Positions 39,118 to 50,963 of a stretch of 64,000 bases of DNA are shown piece by piece; position 1 is the stretch's first letter; each line of letters begins with the position of its first letter. Origin of the DNA: Eledone cirrhosa. Its lineage: Eukaryota. The stretch is taken from assembly GCA_964016885.1 (NCBI GenBank), contig OZ024740.1, positions 285,758,001 to 285,822,000 on the forward strand, given 5' to 3'. The notes under the pieces are model-generated. The model made no database searches. It was not told the origin of the DNA and was given only the letters and a program-made list of their open reading frames with translations. The translations under genes were made by a program, and so were the position numbers.

Positions 39118-39168
39118 AGCTTTTACAGGATTAGAAGGGTTTCATTCGTGAGAAATCATCAGGAAGCT
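39118..39168 (-). ncRNA. Type I hammerhead ribozyme motif (degenerate) in a Penelope-like foldback spanning 39104-39225
   Basis: Minus strand: AGCUUC CUGAUGA uuucucacgaau GAAAC ccuucuaauccu GUA AAAGCU. The opposite arm preserves stem III as GAAACAG...CUGUA followed by GAAGCU. Confidence 0.65.
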
Positions 39169-39224
39169 AATGATTTCTCATGAATGAAACAGTTCTAGTC
39201 CTGTAGAAGCTCTTCTATATTAAA

Positions 39225-39259
<35 letters not shown>

Positions 39260-39292
39260 TATTTACATATATATATATACATTCATATATAT

Positions 39293-39323
<31 letters not shown>

Positions 39324-39958
39324 CACACATATATATGAATATATATAAATATATATATACACACATCTATATGCATATATATCATCATCATCATCATCGT
39401 TTAACGTCCCTGTTCCACGCTTGCATGGGTTTGGACGGGGGTAGTCCCACTTGAGGCAAGAGTGGTTGTCTTGCTCGCATAGGACTGTCTGGCGTGTTTT
39501 CTACAGTTGGATGCCCTTCCTAACACCAACCACATTTACAGTGTGGGTCTGGGAGGTTTTTACCGTGTTGCCTACATGGTCACATTACAGCGTGGACTGT
39601 GTGTTTTTTTGTCGTGACACCTACACGGTCTCGTTTGTTTCGGCCTGGATGTTGTGGCACCAACATAACTTTACATATATATATGTATACACACACACGC
39701 TAGCAGGGAAAAACGTTTGATTATATACCCATACATACATACATACATACATACATTCACACACATACATACACACTCATATATACATGCACACATTTAC
39801 ATACACATAGACACTCATATATACACATACACACATATAAACATACATGCATATATATATATATATATATGCTAAAGGGTTAAAATAAATAATTACTGGG
39901 GTTGTTATGATTGTCTAAATCTGCATTGCTTTATTGTACTACAATAAAACTCACCTCC

Positions 39959-40004
<46 letters not shown>

Positions 40005-40254
40005 CACACATGCCTCCCTCCCCACATGTGTTTGAGATACATGTGCACACATCCTCTCTGATTCCCATGTGCAGTGCAGTAACTTATGCTTACAGAAACT
40101 TAAGTACATACTTACTTTGATGTAGGAAGGTGCGCTCATTAATACTCACAGACTTGCTTGTACATTACAGGCTTATGATCACTTGTATTTATATTTCTCC
40201 TGACATGCCTCAACGTAGACAAACTTTAAATTTTGAATTACACAATAAATCACC

Positions 40255-40670
40255 ATTATTTAATGTCCATCCAGGGCGGTGGATTGGCAGTACCGGTAGA
40301 GGGTCAGACACCATGCTTTGACGTATAGAGTTATGGCCCTTGCCAGTTCAAATCCCGCCGAGGTTAACTTTGCCTTTCATCCTTACGGGGTCGATAAAAT
40401 AAAGTACCAGTAATGCACTGGGTAATTGCTGGCCTTGTGCCAAAAGTAGAAACAATTATTTAATGTCCATCCAGGGCGGTGGATTGGCAGTACCGGTAGA
40501 GGGTCAGACACCATGCTTTGACGTATAGAGTTATGGCCCTTGCCAGTTCAAATCCCGCCGAGGTTAACTTTGCCTTTCATCCTTACGGGGTCGATAAAAT
40601 AAAATACCAGTAATGCACTGGGTAATTGCTGGCCTTGTGCCAAAAGTAGAAACAATTATTTAATGTCCAT
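40255..40670 (+). mobile_element. Tandem dimer of family A SINE, 200-bp period
   Basis: ATTATTTAATGTCCAT occurs three times (40255, 40455, 40655); I see one base difference between the units. Confidence 0.92.
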
Positions 40671-41108
40671 TTTCCCCTACTCATATACTCATATTAGGTC
40701 ATGCATACGCTACTTAAACATGCATTTAATGCTCATCTTATAACCCTCACATTACCTTTTTCTATTGAAAGACACTGCCTTTGATTTTCAAAAATCGATC
40801 AAAAATATCCTATGATTTATAACCATTTTGATCCCTGTCGGGCTAAAGCAATTTTAAAGTGTTCCTATTTACGTTGAACTCTTCCAACATAACCATATGT
40901 TAAGTTACTATCTTAAGAAGGAAATAATTAACAATTCTGATAAATCCTTCAAAATACTCAATTAATTAATAAAAATAGAGTATATTTCATTCGAAATATA
41001 GTTACAAAAGGGTTAGTAAATCAAGTAGTTAAGCTAGTGTTTGGAACGTAACTTAACTAAGGTTCTTATATAAAATCATGATGGAAGGTTTTTAGATAAA
41101 TATAGATA

Positions 41109-41285
41109 TGAGGGTTGGCTGAAAAGTTCATAGGTTAACCAAAATACTCTCATGGAATGACCAAATGAGGTTTACTTTTCAACATAGTTAATTAATACAA
41201 ATAGTTAAAATTAATTCATGCAAGATTTCACAGCTCTAGCATCAATGATTCATAGCCAGCCTATGAACTTTTCAGCAGACCCTCG
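41109..41285. mobile_element. mariner-type MITE with TA TSD
   Basis: TA|TGAGGGTTGGCTGAAAAGTTCATAGG ... CCTATGAACTTTTCAGCAGACCCTCG|TA. Confidence 0.8.
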
Positions 41286-41473
41286 TATGCTGCAACAAAC
41301 AATCTTCTATCATAGAACCAGGGACTGTTTTAGGCAGTTTGGTATCAAAAGTGTTAAATTTGCATTTCTAAGTATACACATGTTTGTAATTATGGAGTTT
41401 TACATGTAATAGGACATCTTTTGCATACAATAACTCAGCATGCAATAAATATACAAAATTGTGCACATGTGCA

Positions 41474-41650
41474 AGCATGGCTGTATGGTTAAGGGGTTTA
41501 CTTTGTAACCATGTGGTTTGGGTGCAGTTTAATTGTATGGCACCAACTCTTTCACAAGGTCCTCAGCAAAGTGTATTCTACTATAGTCTAGGGTTAACCA
41601 ATGCTTTGTGAGTGGAATTTGGTAGATGGAAACTGCAGAAATCCATCACA
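41474..41650 (+). mobile_element. CORE-type tRNA SINE (related copies ~12660-12830 -, ~29635-29778, ~52325-52480, ~52706-52860 +)
   Basis: GCATGGCTGT.TGGTTAA head; TGT.TTCTACTATAG and TTGTGAGTGGAATTTGG.AGA.GGAAACTG blocks. Confidence 0.7.
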
Positions 41651-41754
41651 TATGTGTATATGTGTATACATATATGTATGTGTGTATCTGGGTCAGTGTT
41701 CTGTTACCTAGCAGTTTGACAAAAAGAGATCGATAAAATAAACACCTGACTTAA

Positions 41755-41989
41755 CCCTTTAGCATTTACATTACTTTATATTTATTTGCTATTGTATTTT
41801 CGAAGTAAAAGCTTTACCTCACATAATTATATCACAAAATATCGAATCCATGAGATTTTGATATTATTTATTTTGAGAACTATACCTTAATTTCAGTATG
41901 AGTGGCTGGTTATGGCCAGTTACAGCTGGTTTAAACAGAAAGAGGTGAGAGAATTCTGGCCAGATACGGCCAGTTTAAATGCTAAAGGG
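41755..41989. mobile_element. piggyBac-like MITE with TTAA TSD
   Basis: TTAA|CCCTTTAGCATTTA ... TAAATGCTAAAGGG|TTAA, a perfect 14-bp TIR. Confidence 0.85.
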
Positions 41990-42334
41990 TTAAAATAAAT
42001 AATTACTGGGGTTGTTATGATTGTCTAAATCTCTTTATAGTTGTGCCCCAGCATGGTCGCAGTCTAATGACCGAAACATATCACCATATGCACATAATTA
42101 CAAACATTCAAATGCATACATAAATTTTTCCTGACATTTGGAATTTACTAGAGCTACACAGTTTGTACATATAGACTCAGATATGCATAAATATTATATT
42201 TACAAACATAAAAGGTACTTTGGTTCTTATTTAGAAAATCTTGCTTGCATGTACAAATTACATTCATGCATACTCACTTCCTTATAGTTATGTACTATAA
42301 AAGCTAACAAAACCTAATCTTTCACACATTTGTA

Positions 42335-42392
<58 letters not shown>

Positions 42393-42623
42393 TGCACCAG
42401 CATTGATAGATATTTAGTTACAGAGAGGCAATTGAACATGAATATATTAATGTATAGGATTTATAAAATATGCTTATATTTACATAAATGTTTATACACA
42501 TGCACCCATAAATATATACATATATATGTATGTATGAATGTATGTATGTATGTATGTATGTATGTATGTATGTATGTATGTATGTATGTATGTATGTATA
42601 CACACATGCACTGCATACATAAA

Positions 42624-42663
<40 letters not shown>

Positions 42664-43247
42664 TTACATATATACATATTCACTCAGATATATTTTTACT
42701 GATAAGATAGTAAAACTTGTTTGTTATAAACACTCACACACACACACATCCTTAAATCGGTAGTCACACACATGCATACACACATATTCTTAGGCTTCAT
42801 ACTTATGCAAATATTATTGGGCATATGAACACATGTGTGGCAGAACAAGAATGCACTTGTGTTAGCAGTCACATGCATTTGAATATAAGTATATATACAT
42901 CAAACATGCAAGCAATGCACTATAAGAAAAAAAATCAAATGTGTATTTATGAACATGTATATATGGATTTCAAATGCATGTCTGTTTTATGCATAGCTTC
43001 ATTTTCCTTTGGTGAAATGCACAGTATTTTGATTGTATTTCATTTGACAAATTAGTGTATAATATCCAAGATGCTATCTACCATCAAGGTAGATACATTG
43101 TTAAAGCAACAGTGGCTTGGACATGTAGTTAGAATAGATAACATATTTTACTTATTTCTTTGTTTAATTCATTCGTGGCTATTTCTAATGAAATGTGCTC
43201 TATTTCAAATAATTAATGAAGAATTTTGAGACATTTATTAAGATTGT

Positions 43248-43600
43248 TCAGAGTTACGGCCCTTTATGGTCTGAGTTCAAATCCCGCCGAGGTTAACTTT
43301 GCCTTTCATCCTTACGGGGTCGATAGAATAAAGTACCAGTAATACACTGGGTAATTGCTGGCCTTGTGCCAAAAGTAGAAACAATTATTTCATTACTAAT
43401 AATTAGGGGTGGTGGATTGGCAGTATCGGTAGAGGGTTGGACGCCTTGCTTTGCAGCACAGAGTTACGACCTGAGTTATGGTCTGAGTTCAAATCCTGCC
43501 AAAGTTAACTTTGCCTTTCACCCTTACGGGGGTCAATAAAATAAAGCACTATAATACATTCGGATAATTGCTGGCCTTGTGCCAAAAGTAGAAACAATTA
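43248..43600 (+). mobile_element. Two family A SINE copies in tandem, nested in an older MITE-like repeat
   Basis: Both end GTAGAAACAATTATTTCATTACTAA; the second has a full GGGGTGGTGGATTGGCAG head. Confidence 0.85.
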
Positions 43601-44565
43601 TTTCATTACTAAGATAGAAATTTACCATATGTTTTTTATATAAAATTATGTTCAAACATTTTAATTTAAATAGAATCCATTTAAAATGAGCAGTTTTGTT
43701 TTCATAAAATCTGAAGTGATTTTGAGTAGTTTGGTATCAAAATGTCTAAGGAAGAAAAGTAGTATTCTAGAGCTTATTGCTCTCTAGAACTGAGAAAATT
43801 CTGCTCTAGGCACCCTAGGGTCAGATGTCAGATTTTTCAGATAGTGGCATTTCAAAGTTTTAAAAAGTAAAGTAGATGGAACTAAAGTGAAATGCAAGGA
43901 CAACACTTGGGTTCCAAAATGACAAATGGTTAAGTATGAGAAGGAAAGAAAATATACAATTTTTTTTTTTTTTTTTTTTTTTTAAATGACAAAGAGAAAG
44001 ATTTATAAATAAAAAGTTTATGGCAGAAACATATGTGTTGGCAAGACAAATATTTAACTGTCATCATATGATGAGAGAGAGTGTAGATAGAATATGATAA
44101 GATAAGGTAGTGATTGCCAGTTTGACAGTGTTGTGTCATTGACTATGACATTTACCTCTTAAATATCCTAGTCCAGTTGATTGGATGGCTGTAAATAGGT
44201 ACTATAAAGTAAAAACAACTCTCTACTGCTAGTAATGGAAGCACTGTAAGATTGGCAGTGCTGAGTTCAAATCATTCTTTGGGCATAGAGAAGGCTACAG
44301 GGTAAACCACTCCAGTACACACACACATGTGTGGATGGCTGAGGGGATAAGATAGTAGTCAGTCAGTTGAGAAATCACTAGTTCATACTCTGTTATTAGA
44401 CATTATGCCCATGGCTAAGAGACTTAACTTTCTCATGTAGCTATAAATATGTAGTGAGTTGAATTATAGAGGAAAGCAAACCACATGTAATGTGTCAGGA
44501 AGACTTTGTGGATATCTCTGGTGTATAGAGCCACGAGAATTCAGATTTGATATAATGTATCCAGA

Positions 44566-45682
44566 TCATCATCATCATCCTTTTACATCCGCTTTTCCCT
44601 GTTTGCAAGGGTGGGACAGCATCTCTCCATTCGTCACGGTCTTTTGTCATCGCCCCCGTGAGCTTCAGCGATCTGAGGTCTGCTATCAGCACCTCCGCTC
44701 ATGTTTTTTGTGGTCTTCCTCGACTGCGTCTTCCTTCTAGTGGGATTTCTTGGCACCTCTTTATCCAGTGATCATCCTTCATATGCATCACATGTCCATA
44801 CCAACGCAGTCTTCTCTCCCGCACACTACAGCCTATCTCTCTTATACACAGTTTCTCTCTCAACTCGTCTATGCTTGTTTGTTCACACACATTGACATTG
44901 CACCCTTCTTTGTCAACAGAGGAAGCAACTCCCTAAACTTCTTCCAACCCGTCCTTATTCTGGATACTATGGCCTCGGAGCACCCTCCTCCCTTACTAAT
45001 CTGATCACCTAGGTATTAGAAGCTATCAACCACATCTATAGGTCCTACTCGCATTTGAAAAATTGTGTCTATCACTGTGATTTTTACTGTCAAATTTCCC
45101 TGTACATCTACTGCATATGTAGTTTTCCCTACCTGTTAGTTTGCCTGCTATCTCACTACATCTCTTGTGTATCCAAGATCTGCATTGTGTACATTTTATA
45201 GAATTTATGCCAACTCCTTTGCTACATATTAAACATGGCCATTTCTCTGATAGAATCAGAGTTTTGTCATCTTTACTACTTATCAACACCTTTGTCTTAG
45301 CTAGGTTTACTCTCAGTCCTCTTGATAACTGCTGTTTCCATAGCCAAAATTTATTCTGAATCTCCTCTACTGATTCTGCTATAAGTACCAGATCATCACC
45401 ATAGAGAAGTTCCCATGAGCAGCCAGTCTTAAACTCCTTTGTTATGGCTTGGAGGACTATAATGAACAAGAGCGGGCCGAGGACCGAACCCTGATGTACT
45501 CCTACTTGTATCTGGAATTCCTCACTAAACTCCATTCCTACTCTCACTTTACTGAGAGCTCCTTTGTACATAGCTTTCACTGTCCTCACAAACAATTCCT
45601 CTACACCTAGTTTCCTTAGGGACCACCAGGTGACAGATCGTGGTACTCTATCTAAGGCCTTCTCTAGGTCAACAAAAACTAA
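44566..45682 (-). mobile_element. RTE-clade LINE, 5'-truncated, with candidate 9-bp TSD
   Basis: ORF 45026-45736 has FVDLEKALDRVPR, VGVHQGSVLGPLLF and LLYGDDLVL; (GAT)n tail; GTATCCAGA at 44557-44565 and 45683-45691. Same family as 14005-15394. Confidence 0.93.
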
Positions 45683-47348
45683 GTATCCAGACATTATCAT
45701 GTGGAATCTTTCAAAAAATAATTTTGAGCTTTTCAATATATTCCATTTTGTCTGAGAGGTATTATTTTGATTCTTAGAGGAGAAGAAAAGGTCCAGGTAG
45801 ATTGATCAAGCTTACAATACCAGAGACATCACTGAATAAAAAAGAGATTGAGAGTGAGAAAGATGTAAAGAAAGAATCAATGTCAGTACTGAACTGGTAC
45901 TTTTTTTATCAACCCCAAAAGGATGAACGGTGAAGTTGAACTTAGTGGGATTTGAACAAATATCACAAAACATTATACCTGATATTTTCACGATTTTCCA
46001 ATTCATCACCTGTATCACCAACACCCATTCAAACTGTTAAATTGACCTCAATTAAGAAACAAAATATATTGGCTGGCCACTTTATGCCTCCTCTATGTTA
46101 ACATATGTGGACTATGGCTTCAATCTGGACACCATACTCCACCTTTCTACTAAAACACAAACTAAACATCTTGTTCTTTTCTCAGATACAAATCTTTCAT
46201 CTTCTATCTGTAACCCATTTATATTTATGCTGTTTAACCGTTTTGATACTAAACTGCCTGAAACTGGTCATAGTTGTTTGATGTGGAGCTGTTTATTTTA
46301 AAGCATTATAATTTTATGTAAGAACCTTTACGTTCCAGATACCATCTTAATAACAAGGAAGTTAGTCATTTTACTAAATCCCTTTAAATTCTTGATCACA
46401 TTCAAAATTATCCAAAAATCATTGGCAGTGTCTTGCAAAACGGTTTAGCTTCACTCAACACTCTTGAAAAAGTGATGTCTGAGTTAGCAGTGTGGTTAGC
46501 GTATAGGATAAAATGTCTTGCAATATTTGTTCTGGCACTCTACCCTTTGAGTTCAAATCCCACTAAAGTCAACTTTGTCATTCATCCATATGGAGTTGAT
46601 AAACTATGGCAGTAGATTGGTAGAATTGTTAGAGCACTGAGTATTGCAGGATTTGTTCTGGTTCTTTGTGTTGTGAGTTCAAATTCCACTGTGGCCTACT
46701 TGGGTGGTAGACTTATTCCATCACTTGGTTTAACATCACTACCTTGTCCTTTTTAACAGGGTCTCTAGGCAATTTTAATTCATCACTACTTCTGTCGTTA
46801 TTTTGTTAAAACCCCTAGAGCATTCTTCTTGCAAAGTTAACCTAGTGGGATTGGAACTCAGAACAAGGAAGTAAAACTAAATACTGGTGCTTTGTGTTTT
46901 CTAACACTCTGTTATTTCTCTATGTAAACATACATGAAGTACAACATAGACATCTGTAAATTACAATTCAGGAGAGAGAAAAAGAGTGACAAACTTCCGA
47001 GTGGGAATTATTTTTGGTTTTGAATTATTGTTTACAGATGTAGTACACTCAGGTAGATTCATGTATCTCAGCACAGCTGGAGGGAAGTAATATTTTCATG
47101 AAGTGTCAAATTTATAATGATCTCCAGTTGATAACTGATGTCCTGCAGCATAAACTGTATATAGATAAAGTGTGTGTGTGTGTGTCTTAGCATTTAAATT
47201 CATCTTCAGTGGGGTTTGTTACATTCATATTACTATAGGTCATGTGAATCAATGACTGAAAACATAAAGAAAAACATCATATGAACTTATATATAATACA
47301 GATGTGAATAAAATGTATGCTCTGAATATACTTAAGTTTGGCTATATA

Positions 47349-48654
47349 CAGGGTGGGGCATAAAAACTGTTACAAAATAAAATGCAAATAGTTCTTGAAA
47401 TGAAACATTTATTTCAAGATCTGACTTCAACAAATAGTAAGTAATATACTATTAAACAACTGCACAAAAATTTATTTGAAATGCTTTCCTCTAGCTCTCA
47501 CTACTGCTCGAAGTCTTCTAGGAAAGTGTTCGATGGCTGCACGAACAGTTTCTATGGGTATTTTCTCCCATACTTTATTCAGTTTTGATTTTAGAGTTTC
47601 AATATTTTGGCTAGGAGTAGAGCAGGCTTCACTCTCAAGAATTGACCATAAAGAAAAATTGAGAGGGTTGAGATCTGGTAATGTGGAAGGCCACTCTTCC
47701 TTACTGATCCATGCAGGACAATGGTCTCTACACCACTGTTGTGTTATGCGAGCAGTGTGGCTCGTCACTCAATCTTGTTGGAGAGTCCAAATGTCATCGC
47801 CATAAACAGATATGCACCATGGCATCAGTGCTCCTTCCAAAATATCCTTTATGTAAAGTTCTTTGTTAATTTTAACTCCTTGAGGCACAAAAATCAGAGG
47901 AGACTTCCCTCTTTCAGAAATGGCTGCCCAAACCATCACTGATGCTAGTTTCTGTGTTCTGAACACTTTTCCTACACTTGAAAGAATTGATTTGAGACTT
48001 TTTGCAAGTACTCGATCATTTTGATGATTGTGAGACTGCTGCACAGTGAATAACTTCTCATCTGTAAAGATGATGTTTTGCAGCGTGCCATCCTTGATAC
48101 GGTTCAATATCAGTTTACTTCTGGAGAGCCTCTTTTCAATTGTGGGTGCAGAAAGAAGCTGCTTCTTTTGGAACTTATAGAGTGACATCCCCAGATCATC
48201 TCGACATATCCTCCGCATAATTCTCGGCGATGTTTCTGCTTCTTCTGCCATTTTTCTCATGGACCTTCTTGGATTACGCCTTATTTTTTCCCTCACACTT
48301 TTAACGAGTTTTGGTGTTCTTGAGGTGCGAGGGCGTCCGGATCGAGGTCTGTCTTTGGTCGAGGAAGTTTCCTTAAATCGATCGATTGTCCTTTTGATCA
48401 ACATTCTATTGATCTTAAGAATTTTCCCCAGTTTAAATATCTCGGGTGGAGTCAGGCCTTTTTCATGCTTCTCTATTATGAACTTTCTTTTCAATTCTAT
48501 GGACATTGCAAATTGTTAATGGAGTAATGTTCTGAAAAATAGTTAATATGGTTATAGTGCATGGATTTGATACAAATATATTAGTTATATTAGCAACATA
48601 ATGTATTTTTAAAATTGATTTAAAACTTTGTAACAGGAATTATGCCCCACCCTG
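47349..48654 (-). mobile_element. Full-length DD37D (maT) Tc1/mariner transposon, 1306 bp
   Basis: TA|CAGGGTGGGGCATAA...CTGTTACAAA 28-bp TIRs with 3 mismatches; TA on both sides. Confidence 0.93.
47472..48506 (-). pseudogene. DD37D transposase pseudogene (~344 codons) with one in-frame stop and D-to-N at the third catalytic position
   Basis: ORFs 47769-48506 and 47472-47768 are contiguous in frame. Motifs RPRSGRPR, FTDEK, QQD*, then 37 residues to PDLNPL(N). Confidence 0.9.
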
Positions 48655-49029
48655 TATAACATAATTGTTAATCTAAGAATCAACTGGCCTTCATGCTATT
48701 TAAAATAACTTTTTGTTGCTCTATAAAATAAATAGAATCTATAATTTTTTCCTAATTATGAGGAACTTCACTTTATTGTGTAACAAAAGTAAAAATTAAA
48801 CCAAGCTTAATATTTGAATAAAGGAAATTACTCTTTGTAAAATATTTATGTTAGAAACATAAGTTGCCTTGTGGACCACGAGAAAGGTACAGTAATTTAT
48901 ATTTAGTTTAGTTTATTTTAGTCATCACAGCTAAGACCATGTTGCAACACTACCTTTTGCTAAGTATTTAACTATTTATATATAAATTGTTTCACTTTCT
49001 ATATTATTCTACTATATATTTGGTAAATG

Positions 49030-49560
49030 CATATCCTTAAAATTGCTAGGGCTGCATCTCAAACACTGGCCCTTCTCTTCAAGACCAAAAATTACATCAG
49101 ACTCTTACAATTACAAAGCTCAGATGAAACCCACAAGAGAGTGCTGCTTCCTCACCTAGGACTGTGTGGCTGCTACATATACTGTCATTCTAGACAACAT
49201 CTAGAGAAAAGTCACTTGACTGACTAGCATAAAGTTACTCAGAGAGATGCTCCAGGCTTTGGCCCACAGATGTGCTGTCTCATCTCTTTGCCTTTTCTAC
49301 TACTGCTGCTGCAATGAACTCTGTTACTCAGAGCTGATCTGTCTTGTGCAATTTCCAGTCAGACACTCCTGGCACTTGTCTCTCCCTCCTGCAAGCCCCA
49401 TACTAACCACTATGCCTAGTTTTTCTCTCCCACTACATGGGTCCTCTGGAATTCCCTCTCTGCTCATATCTTTCATGCCACCATTGACTTGCAACAATTT
49501 AAGCAGAATGGTTTTGGCATTAGTGTCACAGGTCTTCCAGGATCTACAAATAAAAGAACT
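49030..49560 (+). mobile_element. Decayed CR1/Jockey-like LINE 3' fragment
   Basis: LQALAHRCAVSSLCLFYYCCCNELCYSEL resembles the LxxRRxxxxLxLFY C-terminal motif of CR1-group ORF2. Confidence 0.5.
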
Positions 49561-49871
49561 TTCTATCTGAACATTATTCTCCTATGCTTCTTATAACCAT
49601 TTCCTGAACTTTTGTAATATTTTTCTTTTATTGCACTATTTATAATTTTAATTGCTGGTTGAAAAGTATTCTTAATCCTCACCATTTAACAAACGTAAAA
49701 TTAAAAGTTTCTAGCATTTTACAAATCTATTTGAAGGTTGAGACATTTTCTCATCTTTGCCATGAATATTTTTGTAGCTATTTTTCTTACTTTAACTCTG
49801 CTACTATTTGTTATTTAACTGTTTTAGCTCTATGGCTTTTTTAAAAACAATATAGCCAAAAAATGCATATA

Positions 49872-50762
49872 CAGGGTACGGACGATATTTGTTCGCAAGA
49901 TTACTGTCTAGGAAAAAATAACACAGTAGTTTTATTTTTAAAGATTTCTTTATCAAACTTGGGTCAGTTTGTCTTCATGACTTGTTCTTTCGATCTCACT
50001 CGATAAACCCGCCATTGGTTTTGATGACGGCCTCAAGGCGGCCTCGGAACCGGCTACAGGCCTTCGTCACTGTCCCCCGACTTAGGCCCCTAAAGGCACT
50101 TGTGATCCTGGCCTTCAGATCGTCTTTCGTATTGCAGCTAGATCTGTTGGTGTCTCATTTCATTGCGCCCCATGCAAAGAAGTCGAGGGGGTTGCAGTCA
50201 GGCGAGCTGGGAGGCCAAATGTCAGCTGAAGTGTGGTCGACGAAGTTCTCTGACAGCCAGGCTTGGGTCTTTCGGCTGGTATGGCAGGGCACTGAGTCTT
50301 GTTGCCACACGTACGGTCTACCTGCAGCTACCTGGTTGATCCAGGGCTTTACTACCTTGCTCAGAACGTGGATGTAGCCATCAGTGTTCAGCTTGAGGCC
50401 CTCAGGGAAGAAGTGAGGTGGCATGACGTCACCTTGATTGCTGACGACACCTAAGACCAATTTTGTCGCTGGAAACTTTGTCTGCATGACTCTGGGCACG
50501 TCTTTGGATGAGACAGCAAGCCACCTGTTGTTCTGGGAGTTGATCTTCTGGTCTTATTTGTCCTCCCAGCACGGATTCCAAGAAGAACTCCGTATCTCTT
50601 CCACAAATTTGGAGGTTCAAAATTATTCATAATCAATTATTCTGAAAATAAATAATGGAAATATAGTCACTGTTTTTATGAAGACGAGAGTGACAACGGA
50701 AATAAAAAAATTTGCATAAAATTAGCAGTTGAAAATTGCGAGCAAATATCGTCCACACCCTG
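49872..50762 (-). mobile_element. Internally deleted DD37D (maT) transposon, 891 bp
   Basis: TA|CAGGGT..GGACGATATTTG.TCGCAA 27-bp TIRs with 3 mismatches; WQQD-37aa-D (SPDCNPLDF) in ORF 50155-50499. Confidence 0.9.
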
Positions 50763-50778
50763 TAGACCAACTGTCAAA

Positions 50779-50963
50779 AATAATTGTTTCTACTTTTGGC
50801 ACAAGGCCAGCAAATACCCAGTGCATTACTGGTACTTTATTTTATCGACCCCGTAAGGGTGAAAGGCAAAATTAACCTCGGTGGGATTTGAACTCAGAAT
50901 GGAAAGGACTGTAACTCTGTGTCAAAGCATGGCATCTGACCCTCTACCGATACTGCCAATCCA
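50779..50963 (-). mobile_element. Family A SINE
   Basis: Head, core and tail as at 1948-2135. Confidence 0.88.
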
